NCBI GenBank assembly: GCA_003559735.1
Contig: PWKN01000217.1
Location: forward strand, 6,916 to 70,915
DNA from: Bacteroidales bacterium
GTDB taxonomy: Bacteria > Bacteroidota > Bacteroidia > Bacteroidales > UBA7960
DNA: 64,000 bases
Direction: 5' to 3'
Position numbers and translations under genes: made by a program. The notes under the pieces are model-generated. The model ran no database searches, had not been told where the DNA came from, and saw only the letters and a list, made by a program, of their open reading frames with translations. Positions 37,503-47,173 of the stretch are shown one piece after another. Positions within the stretch are counted from its first letter, which is position 1, and each line of letters opens with the position of its first letter.

Positions 37503-38135
37503 ATGACGGATGTGGAGCGCGAAATGCTCCGCGATGGATTATTACTGCCTGTAATGGAACAGTTTTACTCCATCCAGGGCGAGGGCTATCATACCGGGAA
37601 GCCAGCCGCGTTTGTCCGCATAGGCGGCTGTGATGTGGGGTGTCACTGGTGTGATGTAAAAGAGTCGTGGGATGCCTCTTTGCATCCCCTCACGAAGATC
37701 AGAGACATTATTGACTTCGTCCATGCCTGTCCGGCCAATGCCGTGGTCATTACAGGGGGTGAACCCTTGCATTATAATCTTGGCCGGCTGTGTGAGGGTC
37801 TGAAAAACAAAAACGTCAGCATCTTTCTTGAGACATGTGGGTGTGATCCGTTCAGTGGTCAGTATGACTGGATATGTTTGTCGCCCAAAAGAAACAATGA
37901 ACCACAGGCAGATATACTTGATATGGCTGATGAACTCAAGGTGATCATTCACGATGAATCAGATCTTGAGTGGGCAGAAGCCAATGCATCGCGTGTTGGT
38001 CCGCAATGTCTTCTATACCTTCAGCCCGAATGGAGCAATTCCAGATCTGTCCTTCCCATGATCGTTGATTATGTGAAACAGCACCCCCAGTGGATGGTCT
38101 CGTTGCAATCGCATAAGTTTATGCAGATCCCGTAA
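37503..38135 (+). CDS. queE: 7-carboxy-7-deazaguanine synthase (radical SAM)
   Basis: FYSIQGEGYHTGKPAAFVRIGGCDVGCHWCD is a QueE-type motif. The tracked ORF starts at a TTG (37479); the first ATG is at 37503. Confidence 0.82.
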   Translation: MTDVEREMLRDGLLLPVMEQFYSIQGEGYHTGKPAAFVRIGGCDVGCHWCDVKESWDASLHPLTKIRDIIDFVHACPANAVVITGGEPLHYNLGRLCEGLKNKNVSIFLETCGCDPFSGQYDWICLSPKRNNEPQADILDMADELKVIIHDESDLEWAEANASRVGPQCLLYLQPEWSNSRSVLPMIVDYVKQHPQWMVSLQSHKFMQIP

Positions 38136-38164
38136 TGCCGGACAAATTTTCCCGTTATTATTAT

Positions 38165-38197
38165 ACAGGACCGGCACCTGTTGGTCTGTGGTCCTGT
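38165..38197 (+). terminator. hairpin between queE and the OmpA-family gene (possible weak terminator)
   Basis: A perfect 8-bp stem ACAGGACC / GGTCCTGT encloses a 17-nt loop. There is no clean T tract, so function is uncertain. Confidence 0.3.
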
Positions 38198-38231
38198 CTG
38201 TATCGAACAATTTGAAATCTTTTCATTGAGC

Positions 38232-40196
38232 ATGCGTATTGTTTTGATGGTTTTTGTTTTGGGATTGTTCTTCACATCGGCTGGCCTGGCTGAACTGCAT
38301 GGTCAGTCAGGGGATGAGCTTACCACCGATAGCCGCCGCGCAAGGCGTGCCTACCAGCGGGCGTGGGATGCATATCGCAGCTTTGATGAACAAACAGCCG
38401 TTGAACAGCTGAAGCTTGCTGCAGAGAGAGACCCCGGCTTCATTGAAGCGCATCTTCTGCTGGGTGAGATCTATTTTTCAAGGGGAGATCATGCCCTTTG
38501 CATCGATCCGTATGAGACTGCCATCAGATTGGATGCCGGTCTTTTCCCTGCTGCAAAATACTACCTGGGGAAATCGTATTACTACACAGGGCGGTACCTG
38601 GAAGCGAAAGAGATGCTGCGTCGTTTTCTCGATACCGGTCCAAGGGGTAAGGAGATCACGGAGCGTGGAAAGGAATACCTGTTGCGCAGCAGCTTTGCAT
38701 GGGAAGCGGTAAACGATCCGGTGCCCTTTGAACCGGTTAATCCAGGATCTGCCATAAACAGCGAGCACGCAGAATACAGTCCGGCGCTCACCGCCGATGA
38801 ACAGACATTGATCTTTACCCGGAAGAAGCCAAGGACAAAGCCATCCGGAATGTATGCATCCAGTCACTATGAAGACTTTTATGTCAGTTATTACCGGGAG
38901 GGAGCGTGGACTCCGGCGAGGAACCTCGGACCGCCACTAAACACACCGGGTAATGAGGGGGCACAGACCATTACTGCTGACGGACGCCATTTGTATTTTG
39001 CTGCGTGCAACCGGCCTGATGGCGTTGGCCGGTGCGACATATACTATGCCAGGCGTGAAGGTGACCGGTGGAGCACCCCGGTAAATCCCGGACGTCCGCT
39101 TAACTCAGTCGACTGGGATTCCCAGCCTTCCATATCTTCTGACGGCAACACCATCTATTTTACCAGCAGCCGGGAGGGGAGCATGGGTCCGATGGATATC
39201 TGGAAGGCCGAAAAGAATGCTGACGGCAGCTGGGATGTTCCGGAAAACCTCGGACCGGTGATCAATACTTCGGGCAATGAGTTGTCTCCTTTTATCCATC
39301 ACGACAACCAAACGCTCTATTTTGCGTCAGACGGACATTTGGGAATGGGGGGACTGGATATTTTTTACAGCCGGCGCGATGCGGAAGGAAACTGGTCGGA
39401 GCCGCAAAACATTGGTTATCCGATCAACACGCATGGCGATGAGTTTGCCATGATCGTTGGTGCATCCGGACGGTCGGCCTGGTTTGCATCCGACATGCAT
39501 GATGGGTATGGCGATTCGGACCTGTATATGTTTGAGCTCTATCCCGAAGCCCGTCCGCATCCGCACACGTACATGAGGGGGATTGTGGTGGATGCCGTAA
39601 CTGATGAGCCTTTGCCGGCTGATTTTGAACTGATCAATATTGACAGCGGACAAACCATTACCCGGGCATCTTCCGATCCTGCTGACGGATCATTCCTTGT
39701 TGCCATCCCCAGTGGCATTGACCTGGCATTGAATGTGTCGAAAGAGGGATACCTGTTCTTCTCTGAAAATTTCAGTTATGCCGGCATGCGAACCGTTGCC
39801 GACCCCTGGTTGCGAAACATTCACCTGCAACCCATTGTTGAGGGAAAACCGGTGGTGCTGCGTAATATATTTTTTGAAACCGACAGTTATGAACTGAAGG
39901 AAACCTCTTTTGTTGAGCTGAACAAGCTGCTCCGGTTCATGACTGACAATCCCGGACTGCATTTAGAGATTGGGGGACATACAGACAGTGTGGGCACATT
40001 CAGCCACAATATGGAGCTGTCACTGAATCGTGCCAAAAGTGTACGCGACTTTTTAATTCGCAAGGGGATCGGCAAGGACCGGATTGAATATGCAGGTTAT
40101 GCTGACAAGCGGCCTGTTGACACCAACAAAACAGCAGAAGGACGTGCACGCAACAGGCGAACTGAGTTTCAGATCATCCGGGAGGGCGGCCACTGA
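38232..40196 (+). CDS. OmpA-family protein with N-terminal TPR and WD40-like (TolB/PD40) repeats
   Basis: The signal peptide is MRIVLMVFVLGLFFTSAGLA. Repeated E.SP.ls.Dg..lyF.S motifs follow. The C-terminal OmpA_C is NIFFETDSYEL...GHTDSVG...N..LS..RA..V...L...NRRTEF. Confidence 0.8.
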   Translation: MRIVLMVFVLGLFFTSAGLAELHGQSGDELTTDSRRARRAYQRAWDAYRSFDEQTAVEQLKLAAERDPGFIEAHLLLGEIYFSRGDHALCIDPYETAIRLDAGLFPAAKYYLGKSYYYTGRYLEAKEMLRRFLDTGPRGKEITERGKEYLLRSSFAWEAVNDPVPFEPVNPGSAINSEHAEYSPALTADEQTLIFTRKKPRTKPSGMYASSHYEDFYVSYYREGAWTPARNLGPPLNTPGNEGAQTITADGRHLYFAACNRPDGVGRCDIYYARREGDRWSTPVNPGRPLNSVDWDSQPSISSDGNTIYFTSSREGSMGPMDIWKAEKNADGSWDVPENLGPVINTSGNELSPFIHHDNQTLYFASDGHLGMGGLDIFYSRRDAEGNWSEPQNIGYPINTHGDEFAMIVGASGRSAWFASDMHDGYGDSDLYMFELYPEARPHPHTYMRGIVVDAVTDEPLPADFELINIDSGQTITRASSDPADGSFLVAIPSGIDLALNVSKEGYLFFSENFSYAGMRTVADPWLRNIHLQPIVEGKPVVLRNIFFETDSYELKETSFVELNKLLRFMTDNPGLHLEIGGHTDSVGTFSHNMELSLNRAKSVRDFLIRKGIGKDRIEYAGYADKRPVDTNKTAEGRARNRRTEFQIIREGGH

Positions 40197-40298
40197 GGGG
40201 ATATGTTTTCCAGGCGGAATTTATGCTGTAACGAAATAGAACCGAAATTGTTAATAACTATTTGTGACCAGAATGTTGTGAGCGAGGATTCAATTGTG

Positions 40299-40306
40299 TA
40301 CTTTTG
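40299..40306 (+). promoter_or_regulatory. putative -7 promoter box (TACTTTTG) of dnaB
   Basis: Exact TAnnTTTG only 4 nt before the ATG at 40311. This implies a leaderless mRNA or a true start at a downstream in-frame ATG (40335 or 40377). Confidence 0.35.
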
Positions 40307-40310
40307 AAGT

Positions 40311-41843
40311 ATGGAAAAACCGGATCAGAGAACAATGGATGCCAGGGGGAGAAAGGCCCAAAAGCATAGCTTCTCTATGGATTATGCCGATCACGGGCGG
40401 GTACCCCCCCAGGCCGTTGATCTTGAAGAGGCTGTGCTGGGTGCCATCATGCTGGAACAAAATGCCCTGACCAATGTTATCGACATCTTAAAACCCGAAA
40501 TATTTTATAAAGAGAGTCACCAGAAGGTCTTTTCAGCCATCTATGGTTTGTTTTCGTCCGGACAACCGGTTGATATACTTACAGTTACCGAGGCGTTGAA
40601 AAAGAACGGCGAGCTGGAGCTGGTGGGCGGGGCCTATACGATCTCTATGCTGACCAACAGGGTGGCGAGTTCAGCGAATGTAGAGTACCATGCACGTATT
40701 ATCCTTCAGAAGTATCTGCAGCGCGAGCTGATCCGCATCAGTTCGGAGGTCATCAAAGATTCATATGAAGACAGCATGGATGTGTTTGATATACTCGATA
40801 AGGCTGAGAAGGAGCTTTTTGCTGTCAGCGAGACCAACCTGCGCCGGAACTATGACGACATGCATTCTCTTGTTAAGGAGGCCGTTAAACAAATTGAAGG
40901 GGCAAGGAACCAGGATGGTCATATCAGCGGTGTTCCGAGTGGTTTTGCCGAACTTGACCGGATAACCGCAGGCTGGCAGCGGTCAGACCTGATCATCCTT
41001 GCTGCCCGTCCGGGTATGGGAAAGACAGCGTTTATGCTTACCATGGCTCGAAACATGGCGGTTGATTTCAACAAGCCCATCGCCATTTTTTCACTTGAGA
41101 TGTCGGGCGTTCAGCTTGTAACCCGTCTGATATCCAGTGAAACAGAGCTTCCGGCCGATAAGCTGAGGCGCGGACAGCTGGAACAATTTGAGTGGGAACA
41201 GCTCAATGCCCGTCTGAACACCCTTACAGATGCCCCCCTGTATATTGATGACACACCGGCATTATCCATATTTGAGCTGAGGGCTAAATGCAGGCGTTTG
41301 AAAGCACAACACGACGTTCAACTGATCGTTGTTGACTACCTGCAACTTATGTCGGCAGGGAACGACAACCACAGGGGCAACCGTGAACAGGAGATCAGCA
41401 ATATTTCGCGTTCAATGAAAAGCCTGGCCAAGGAGTTGAATATCCCGGTGGTTGCCATTTCACAGCTAAGCAGGGCAGTAGAAACGCGGGGCGGATCAAA
41501 ACGGCCGATCCTGTCCGACCTGAGAGAGTCGGGGGCCATTGAACAGGATGCCGACATGGTGTTGTTCATTTATCGTCCCGAATACTACCAGATCACAGAA
41601 GATGAGCAGGGCAACTCAACAGAGGGACTGGCACAACTGATCATTGCAAAGCACCGAAATGGCGCACTAAAAGACATTGATCTGCGTTTTATACAAAACT
41701 TTGCAAAGTTTGCTGAATATGATACGGGCAACTATGCCGTGCATGGAGAATTGAAACCGTCAGACCGTTTTGACAATCAGTCTGGCACCCTTACCATCCC
41801 CTCAAAAATGAATGACATGGACGATGACGAAGTCCCGTTCTGA
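40311..41843 (+). CDS. dnaB: replicative DNA helicase DnaB
   Basis: Full-length two-domain DnaB. PPQAVDLEEAVLGAIM is in the N-terminal domain. The Walker A is RPGMGKTAF, and FSLEMS, VVDYLQLM, SQLSRAVE and AKHRNG are all present. The start is uncertain by up to 22 codons. Confidence 0.92.
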   Translation: MEKPDQRTMDARGRKAQKHSFSMDYADHGRVPPQAVDLEEAVLGAIMLEQNALTNVIDILKPEIFYKESHQKVFSAIYGLFSSGQPVDILTVTEALKKNGELELVGGAYTISMLTNRVASSANVEYHARIILQKYLQRELIRISSEVIKDSYEDSMDVFDILDKAEKELFAVSETNLRRNYDDMHSLVKEAVKQIEGARNQDGHISGVPSGFAELDRITAGWQRSDLIILAARPGMGKTAFMLTMARNMAVDFNKPIAIFSLEMSGVQLVTRLISSETELPADKLRRGQLEQFEWEQLNARLNTLTDAPLYIDDTPALSIFELRAKCRRLKAQHDVQLIVVDYLQLMSAGNDNHRGNREQEISNISRSMKSLAKELNIPVVAISQLSRAVETRGGSKRPILSDLRESGAIEQDADMVLFIYRPEYYQITEDEQGNSTEGLAQLIIAKHRNGALKDIDLRFIQNFAKFAEYDTGNYAVHGELKPSDRFDNQSGTLTIPSKMNDMDDDEVPF

Positions 41844-41882
41844 AAAAGAGATGCCGGACAGTTTCCATGCCTGAAAAATTTA

Positions 41883-43187
41883 ATGAATGTATTGATCAAA
41901 CCTAATAAGTTGACAGCAATTATGTTAAGAGTCTGCGTTTTTTTCCTGTTTTTCCTGGTGCCGCTTTACTTGTTCCCGGCACACATACTTGTCCCGATGG
42001 ACAATTCCCAGCGCAACCATTTAAAGGCATACGGCATTGCCTATGATGTGCTTACCTATGATGTTGAGGTTAGCTGGTTGCTGAACTACCGCGGTGGCAG
42101 TTTTATGTTTGAACACCATCCCGAATTTGAACAAGAGTTAATGGTGCGTGGTGTAAGCTACCAGGTGATCGCTGATGTGCAGGCAGCCGCAATACTGCGC
42201 GAGATCGCTGATCCGGAGGTAAACATGGAGGAGATACGCCTGCACAAGGTACCCAGTATTGCCGTGTACACTCCACCCAACAGTCTGCCGTGGGACGATG
42301 CCGTGACCCTGGCACTGACTTATGCTGAGATCCCATATGATAAGGTATATGACGACGAAGTGTTGTCGGGCGTTTTGCCTTTGTACGACTGGCTGCATTT
42401 GCACCATGAGGACTTTACCGGACAGTTTGGGAAGTTTTGGCTTGCTTTTCGAAATGCCGACTGGTATAAGGAGGATGTAAGGCTTGCTGAGGAAACGACG
42501 CGGCGCCTGGGTTTTTCACAGGTGTCTGACCTGAAGCTGGCGGTTGCAAAAAAGATCCGTGATTTTGTTGAGGGGGGTGGCTATATGTTTGCCATGTGTT
42601 CGGCACCCGAGAGCATTGACATTGCCCTTGCCGCCGAGGGCATCGATATTCTGCATGAGGTGTACAACGGCACACCGCCTGATCCGGATGCCCAGGAGCG
42701 CCTTGACTTCAGCCGCACGTTCGCATTTGAGAACTTTACCATAGTGCCTGACCCGACCATATATGAAAAATCGAATATCGATGTGCCAAAGACCGGCAGG
42801 AACGAGCATACCGACTTTTTTACGTTATTCGAGTTTTCGGCAAAATGGGATCCCGTCCCCACCATGCTTACACAAAACCATGAGCAGGTGATCAGGGGTT
42901 TTATGGGTCAGACCACTGCGTTTCGGAAAAATACCATCAAGCCTGTTGTTACCATATTGGGAGAAAACAGGTCTAAGGATGAAGCCCGTTACATTCATGG
43001 AAGCAGGGGCAATGGCACCTTTACGTTCCTGGGAGGGCACGATCCGGAAGATTACCGGCATTACGTAGGTGATCCGCCTACCGATCTCGACCTGTTCCCA
43101 AACTCACCCGGTTACCGGTTGATCCTGAACAATGTGTTGTTCCCCGCCGCAAGGAAACAGCCGTTAAAGACTGAACAGATGCAATAA
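41883..43187 (+). CDS. conserved hypothetical secreted/anchored protein (possible class-I amidotransferase / DJ-1-like fold)
   Basis: 434 aa with an N-terminal hydrophobic segment. GGGYMFAMCSAPESIDIAL resembles a nucleophile-elbow Cys of the DJ-1/PfpI/GATase1 fold. There is no firm family call. Confidence 0.5.
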   Translation: MNVLIKPNKLTAIMLRVCVFFLFFLVPLYLFPAHILVPMDNSQRNHLKAYGIAYDVLTYDVEVSWLLNYRGGSFMFEHHPEFEQELMVRGVSYQVIADVQAAAILREIADPEVNMEEIRLHKVPSIAVYTPPNSLPWDDAVTLALTYAEIPYDKVYDDEVLSGVLPLYDWLHLHHEDFTGQFGKFWLAFRNADWYKEDVRLAEETTRRLGFSQVSDLKLAVAKKIRDFVEGGGYMFAMCSAPESIDIALAAEGIDILHEVYNGTPPDPDAQERLDFSRTFAFENFTIVPDPTIYEKSNIDVPKTGRNEHTDFFTLFEFSAKWDPVPTMLTQNHEQVIRGFMGQTTAFRKNTIKPVVTILGENRSKDEARYIHGSRGNGTFTFLGGHDPEDYRHYVGDPPTDLDLFPNSPGYRLILNNVLFPAARKQPLKTEQMQ

Positions 43188-43192
43188 TCTGA

Positions 43193-43690
43193 TCACGGGG
43201 AGATTTTCCTGTAGGTTAGAAATGCGTAAGGGTAGGGGTTGTTCTCATCTGCCTGGTGGGTTTCCCTGTCAGCTAGCTCCCATTGTGCCGGGTCGATAAG
43301 GGGGAAGAAAGCATCACCTTCAACGTCTGCATATATGCGGGTTATATACATTCGTTTTGTTTGTGGCAGGTCGATGGTTTGCCTGTAGATCTCTGCTCCC
43401 CCGGCAACAAATACTTCCTGCTCTTTTCTGACCAGTTGGATGACCTCTTCGACAGATCCGGCCACCAGGCATTCCGGAGCATCGTATTGCCTGTTGTTTG
43501 TAACGATAACGGTTTTGCGTCCCTTAAGCGGTTTGCCAATTGATTCATAGGTTTTACGTCCCATGATGAGTGTATGGTTCATGGTAAGCCTTTTGAAGTG
43601 TTTCAGATCGGCCGGCATATGCCATGCCATCCTGTTCTTGTGTCCGATGACATGGTTGTTTGCAATCGCTGCAATGAGTGACAGGTTCAT
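43193..43690 (-). CDS. folA: dihydrofolate reductase
   Basis: SLIAAIANNHVIGHKNRMAWHMPADLKHFKRLTMNHTLIMGRKTYESIG is a canonical DHFR. The protein is 165 aa. Confidence 0.92.
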   Translation of the reverse strand: MNLSLIAAIANNHVIGHKNRMAWHMPADLKHFKRLTMNHTLIMGRKTYESIGKPLKGRKTVIVTNNRQYDAPECLVAGSVEEVIQLVRKEQEVFVAGGAEIYRQTIDLPQTKRMYITRIYADVEGDAFFPLIDPAQWELADRETHQADENNPYPYAFLTYRKISP

Positions 43691-43804
43691 GGAAAAAGGT
43701 ATTAATTGTTCAACTTTGTCTCGCTGCTGTAATGTGATCTCCCCCGCAGACGTGATGCCGTTATGTGACCGGTATGATGCAATTGAGCTGTATGATCAGG
43801 GCAT

Positions 43805-44596
43805 TTAAACGGCCACGGGTGCTTTTATATGCGGATGGGGATCATATCCGGTCAGTTCGAAATCCGCAAAACGGAACCCAAAAATATCGTTCACTTCCGG
43901 GTTGATCTTCATCACCGGGAGGGGTCCTGGTTTGCGTTTTAGCTGAAGGGCGGCCTGTTCGAGGTGGTTCTCATAGAGGTGGGCATCGCCAAAGGTATGG
44001 ATGAATTCTCCCGGCTCCAGGTTGCACACCTGTGCGATCATATGTGTAAGCAACGCATAGGAAGCGATATTGAATGGAACACCCAGGAACACATCAGCGC
44101 TGCGTTGGTAAAGCTGGCACGACAGGGTATTGCCGGCCACGTAAAACTGGAACAGCACATGACAGGGGGGCAAAGCCATTTGTTTGATCTGGCCGGCATT
44201 CCAGGCAGATACCATTAGCCGGCGTGAGTCAGGGTTGTTTCTGATCCGGTCAACCAGGTCGGAGATCTGGTCTATGGCCCCTTCTGGCGAAGGCCACTTT
44301 CTCCATTGTGTTCCGTATATGGGACCAAGGTCTCCTTTGTCATCGGCCCATTCATCCCAGATGGAAACCCCATTGTCGTTCAGGTAACCCACATTGGTAT
44401 CACCCTTGAGGAACCAAAGCAGTTCATGGATGATCGAGCGCAGGTGCAGTTTTTTGGTAGTGATCAGCGGGAACCCCTGCCGGAGGTCAAAGCGCATCTG
44501 GTAACCAAAAATGCTGCGTGTACCCGTGCCGGTACGGTCATCTTTTTTTACCCCGTTTTGGAGTATGTGATCCATCAGGTTGAGGTATTGTTGCAT
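43805..44596 (-). CDS. thyA: thymidylate synthase (ThyA type)
   Basis: [31 protein letters not shown] and the PPCH active-site motif ([13 protein letters not shown]) are present. The start was moved from 44641 to the ATG at 44596. Confidence 0.95.
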   Translation of the reverse strand: MQQYLNLMDHILQNGVKKDDRTGTGTRSIFGYQMRFDLRQGFPLITTKKLHLRSIIHELLWFLKGDTNVGYLNDNGVSIWDEWADDKGDLGPIYGTQWRKWPSPEGAIDQISDLVDRIRNNPDSRRLMVSAWNAGQIKQMALPPCHVLFQFYVAGNTLSCQLYQRSADVFLGVPFNIASYALLTHMIAQVCNLEPGEFIHTFGDAHLYENHLEQAALQLKRKPGPLPVMKINPEVNDIFGFRFADFELTGYDPHPHIKAPVAV

Positions 44597-44661
44597 GTTG
44601 TTTGAGGTTAAGTCCGACATACAAAGATGCCGGGAGAACAAACCAAACAGTGGTCATATTG

Positions 44662-46182
44662 TTAGCCAAGGATGATCCCGACTATGGTCGCACTCATCAG
44701 TCCGGCCAGTGTACCCCCCAGCAAAGCCCTCATGCCGAAGCGCGACAGCAGTACTTTTCTTGTTGGCGCGAGTGAGCCTATCCCGCCAATCTGTATGCCG
44801 ATGGAGGCAAAGTTGGCAAATCCGCACAACAGGTACGTTGCCATGATAATTGATTTAGGGTCCTCGAAGGCATTGGCTTCTTTCAGTTCGGCCAGACTGA
44901 TGTAGCCGATGAACTCCGTCATGATGATCTTTTCCCCCAGCAATCGTCCCACAAGGGTAATGTCGGGAAGGCTTATGCCGATGATCCACATTACGGGGGC
45001 GAAGGTGTACCCGAGGATAAACTGCAACGACAGACTGTCGTACCGGCCATTGGTGGCTTCGGCGATCAACGGGTTAAGGTTGGCAACATCGCCTACCCGT
45101 CCCACAATAAAATTGAACATGGCGATGAATGCAATAAACACAAGGAGCATGGCAGCCACATTGGCTGCAAGCCTCAGCCCTTCGCCCGTACCGTTGGTGA
45201 TCGAATCGAGGATGTTGTCTCCAATCCTGTCTTTGGAGATGTCTATGGTTTGATCGATCGGTTCTGTCTGCGGGTACAATATTTTTGAGATCACCACGGC
45301 ACCCGGGGCTGCCATCACGGATGCAGCCAGCAGGTGCTTTGCAAACACCAGTCGCTGCAGCGGGTCGTCACCACCAAGAAAGCTTATGTATGCCGCCAGC
45401 ACTCCGCCGGCGATTGTGGCCATACCACCTGTCATCACCAGCAGGATCTCTGACCGTGTCATGTTGGGAAGGTACGCTTTGATCATCAGGGGCGACTCCG
45501 TTTGTCCGAGGAAAATGTTGCCGGCAACCGACAGACTTTCAGCACCTGACAGTCTCATCGCCCTGGTCATCAACCATGCAAGTCCGTATACGACCTTCTG
45601 TATGACCCCCAGGTAAAACAGCAGGCTGGTAAGGGCCGAGAAAAAGATGATGGTAGGCAACACCTGAAAGGCAAAGATATAGCCAAACTTGCTTGTATCC
45701 AGGAAGTCGCCAAAAAGGAACTCCGAGCCCGCCCTTGAAAAATCCAGGATCACCACAAATACCGAACCAACCGCTTCAAAAAAGAATTGTACCAGCGATA
45801 CCTGCAGTACCCCGAAGGCAAGAAGCACCTGGACGGTCAGACCGATGGCGACCACCCGCCAGGAGATGGCTTTCCGGTTGCTGCTGAAAATCCAGGCAAT
45901 GCCGATAAGCACCAGCATTCCCAAAAAACCCCTTAACAGGGAGACCATGTTAAAGGTATAATCAGGTATCTCAGTGGTTGTGTGCCTGACCTCTTCGGTG
46001 TTTGGTTCCTGTTCCTGATAAGCGGGTATTGTATCCTGGGGGGTGGCGGATCCGGGTTCGTGCATAGAGGGCGGCCGATCGTTATGCACCTGTGTGTTTG
46101 CCAATGATTCCGTCTGAAACAATCCCAACGGCAGGAAAAACAACAATGTCAGCCACTTGAATAACGTCTTGTTACTTTGCAT
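44662..46182 (-). CDS. NupC/CNT-family concentrative nucleoside transporter with a ~75-aa N-terminal extension
   Basis: 506 aa. The CNT core (FAFQVLPTIIFFSALTSLLFYLG...GF.NF.SIGI) follows a signal-like segment and a Pro/Glu/Thr-rich linker. Confidence 0.82.
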   Translation of the reverse strand: MQSNKTLFKWLTLLFFLPLGLFQTESLANTQVHNDRPPSMHEPGSATPQDTIPAYQEQEPNTEEVRHTTTEIPDYTFNMVSLLRGFLGMLVLIGIAWIFSSNRKAISWRVVAIGLTVQVLLAFGVLQVSLVQFFFEAVGSVFVVILDFSRAGSEFLFGDFLDTSKFGYIFAFQVLPTIIFFSALTSLLFYLGVIQKVVYGLAWLMTRAMRLSGAESLSVAGNIFLGQTESPLMIKAYLPNMTRSEILLVMTGGMATIAGGVLAAYISFLGGDDPLQRLVFAKHLLAASVMAAPGAVVISKILYPQTEPIDQTIDISKDRIGDNILDSITNGTGEGLRLAANVAAMLLVFIAFIAMFNFIVGRVGDVANLNPLIAEATNGRYDSLSLQFILGYTFAPVMWIIGISLPDITLVGRLLGEKIIMTEFIGYISLAELKEANAFEDPKSIIMATYLLCGFANFASIGIQIGGIGSLAPTRKVLLSRFGMRALLGGTLAGLMSATIVGIILG

Positions 46183-46232
46183 TCATATGGATATTATGGG
46201 GAACATTAATGGTTGAACAGGCCGTCCCGAAA

Positions 46233-46844
46233 TCATTCCTTACTGCTCTTTCTTTTGTTGATCTCGTCACGGATAACAGAAGCCTTTTCGTATGCTTCCG
46301 CATCAATGGCTTCCATCAGCTTGTTTTCCAGCTCTTTCAATGTCATATGGCTATACTGGAGATGGGTTTCCTGCTGTTTTCTTTTTTTCCCTTTCTTCCC
46401 TTTTTCTTTCCCGGTATGGATCTCTTCTTCGCCCTCCTGCATTACAATGCCGGCTGCATTTAAAATATTCTCATAAGTATAAACCGGACATTTAAACCTT
46501 ACCGCAATAGCTACCGCATCTGATGTACGTGAGTCAATTTCAATTTCTTTGACCCCGTCATAACAGATCAGTTTGGCAAAAAAGATCCCTTCACTGAATT
46601 TATGGATGATTACTTCTGTGACGGCAATATTAAAGGTTGTGGCAAAATTTTTGAACAGGTCATGGGTCAGGGGACGGCTTGGTTTCATATTTTCAAGCTC
46701 AATGGCAATGGCTTGTGCTTCGAAACTGCCAATAATAATGGGGAGCCGGCGTTTTTTGTTCTCTTCTCCAAAGATCAGCGCATATGCCCCCGATTGTGAC
46801 TGGCTGTAAGATATTCCTAAAATTTCAAGCTTGATTTTCTTCAT
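46233..46844 (-). CDS. bifunctional nuclease (DUF151/BFN) with a C-terminal UVR motif
   Basis: YALIFGEENKKRRLPIIIGSFEAQAIAIELENMKPSRPLTHDL is the BFN core. The C-terminal LENKLMEAIDAEAYEKASVIRDEI is a UvrB/C-type UVR helix. A KGKKGKKRK linker joins them. Confidence 0.8.
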   Translation of the reverse strand: MKKIKLEILGISYSQSQSGAYALIFGEENKKRRLPIIIGSFEAQAIAIELENMKPSRPLTHDLFKNFATTFNIAVTEVIIHKFSEGIFFAKLICYDGVKEIEIDSRTSDAVAIAVRFKCPVYTYENILNAAGIVMQEGEEEIHTGKEKGKKGKKRKQQETHLQYSHMTLKELENKLMEAIDAEAYEKASVIRDEINKRKSSKE

Positions 46845-46899
46845 ATGAACACCTCCTCTTTCTCAAACATACCAGATCGTTTTCACGTGTTTATATCCT

Positions 46900-46929
46900 G
46901 ACTTTATGGACAGTTGACTTTATGGACAG
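46900..46929. repeat. tandem direct repeat of the 14-mer GACTTTATGGACAG (end module of the 140-bp repeat)
   Basis: The units are 46900-46913 and 46916-46929, a 16-nt period. 46916-46940 matches 36548-36572 at 24/25 positions. Confidence 0.85.
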
Positions 46930-47112
46930 GCACTAAGTACCGGGTCAACTGACGTGTCTGTAAAACACAAAAATACGGAATTTTGTTAAACTGCACGACA
47001 GCATTTTTGATATTCGTGCTCAGTTATTTGGATTGCAATGGGTTACATGCAATTCTGGTGTCAGAAACAGTACTTTTAGCAGATTAATTGTCAGACAATA
47101 AATATTAATACT

Positions 47113-47120
47113 TATTTTTG
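47113..47120 (+). promoter_or_regulatory. putative -7 promoter box (TATTTTTG) of hppA
   Basis: Exact TAnnTTTG, 53 nt upstream of the ATG at 47174. Confidence 0.4.
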
Positions 47121-47173
47121 GTGCCGTTCAAAAAAAAAATCAACTATTCATTAACTAATAAAACGATTGCATT

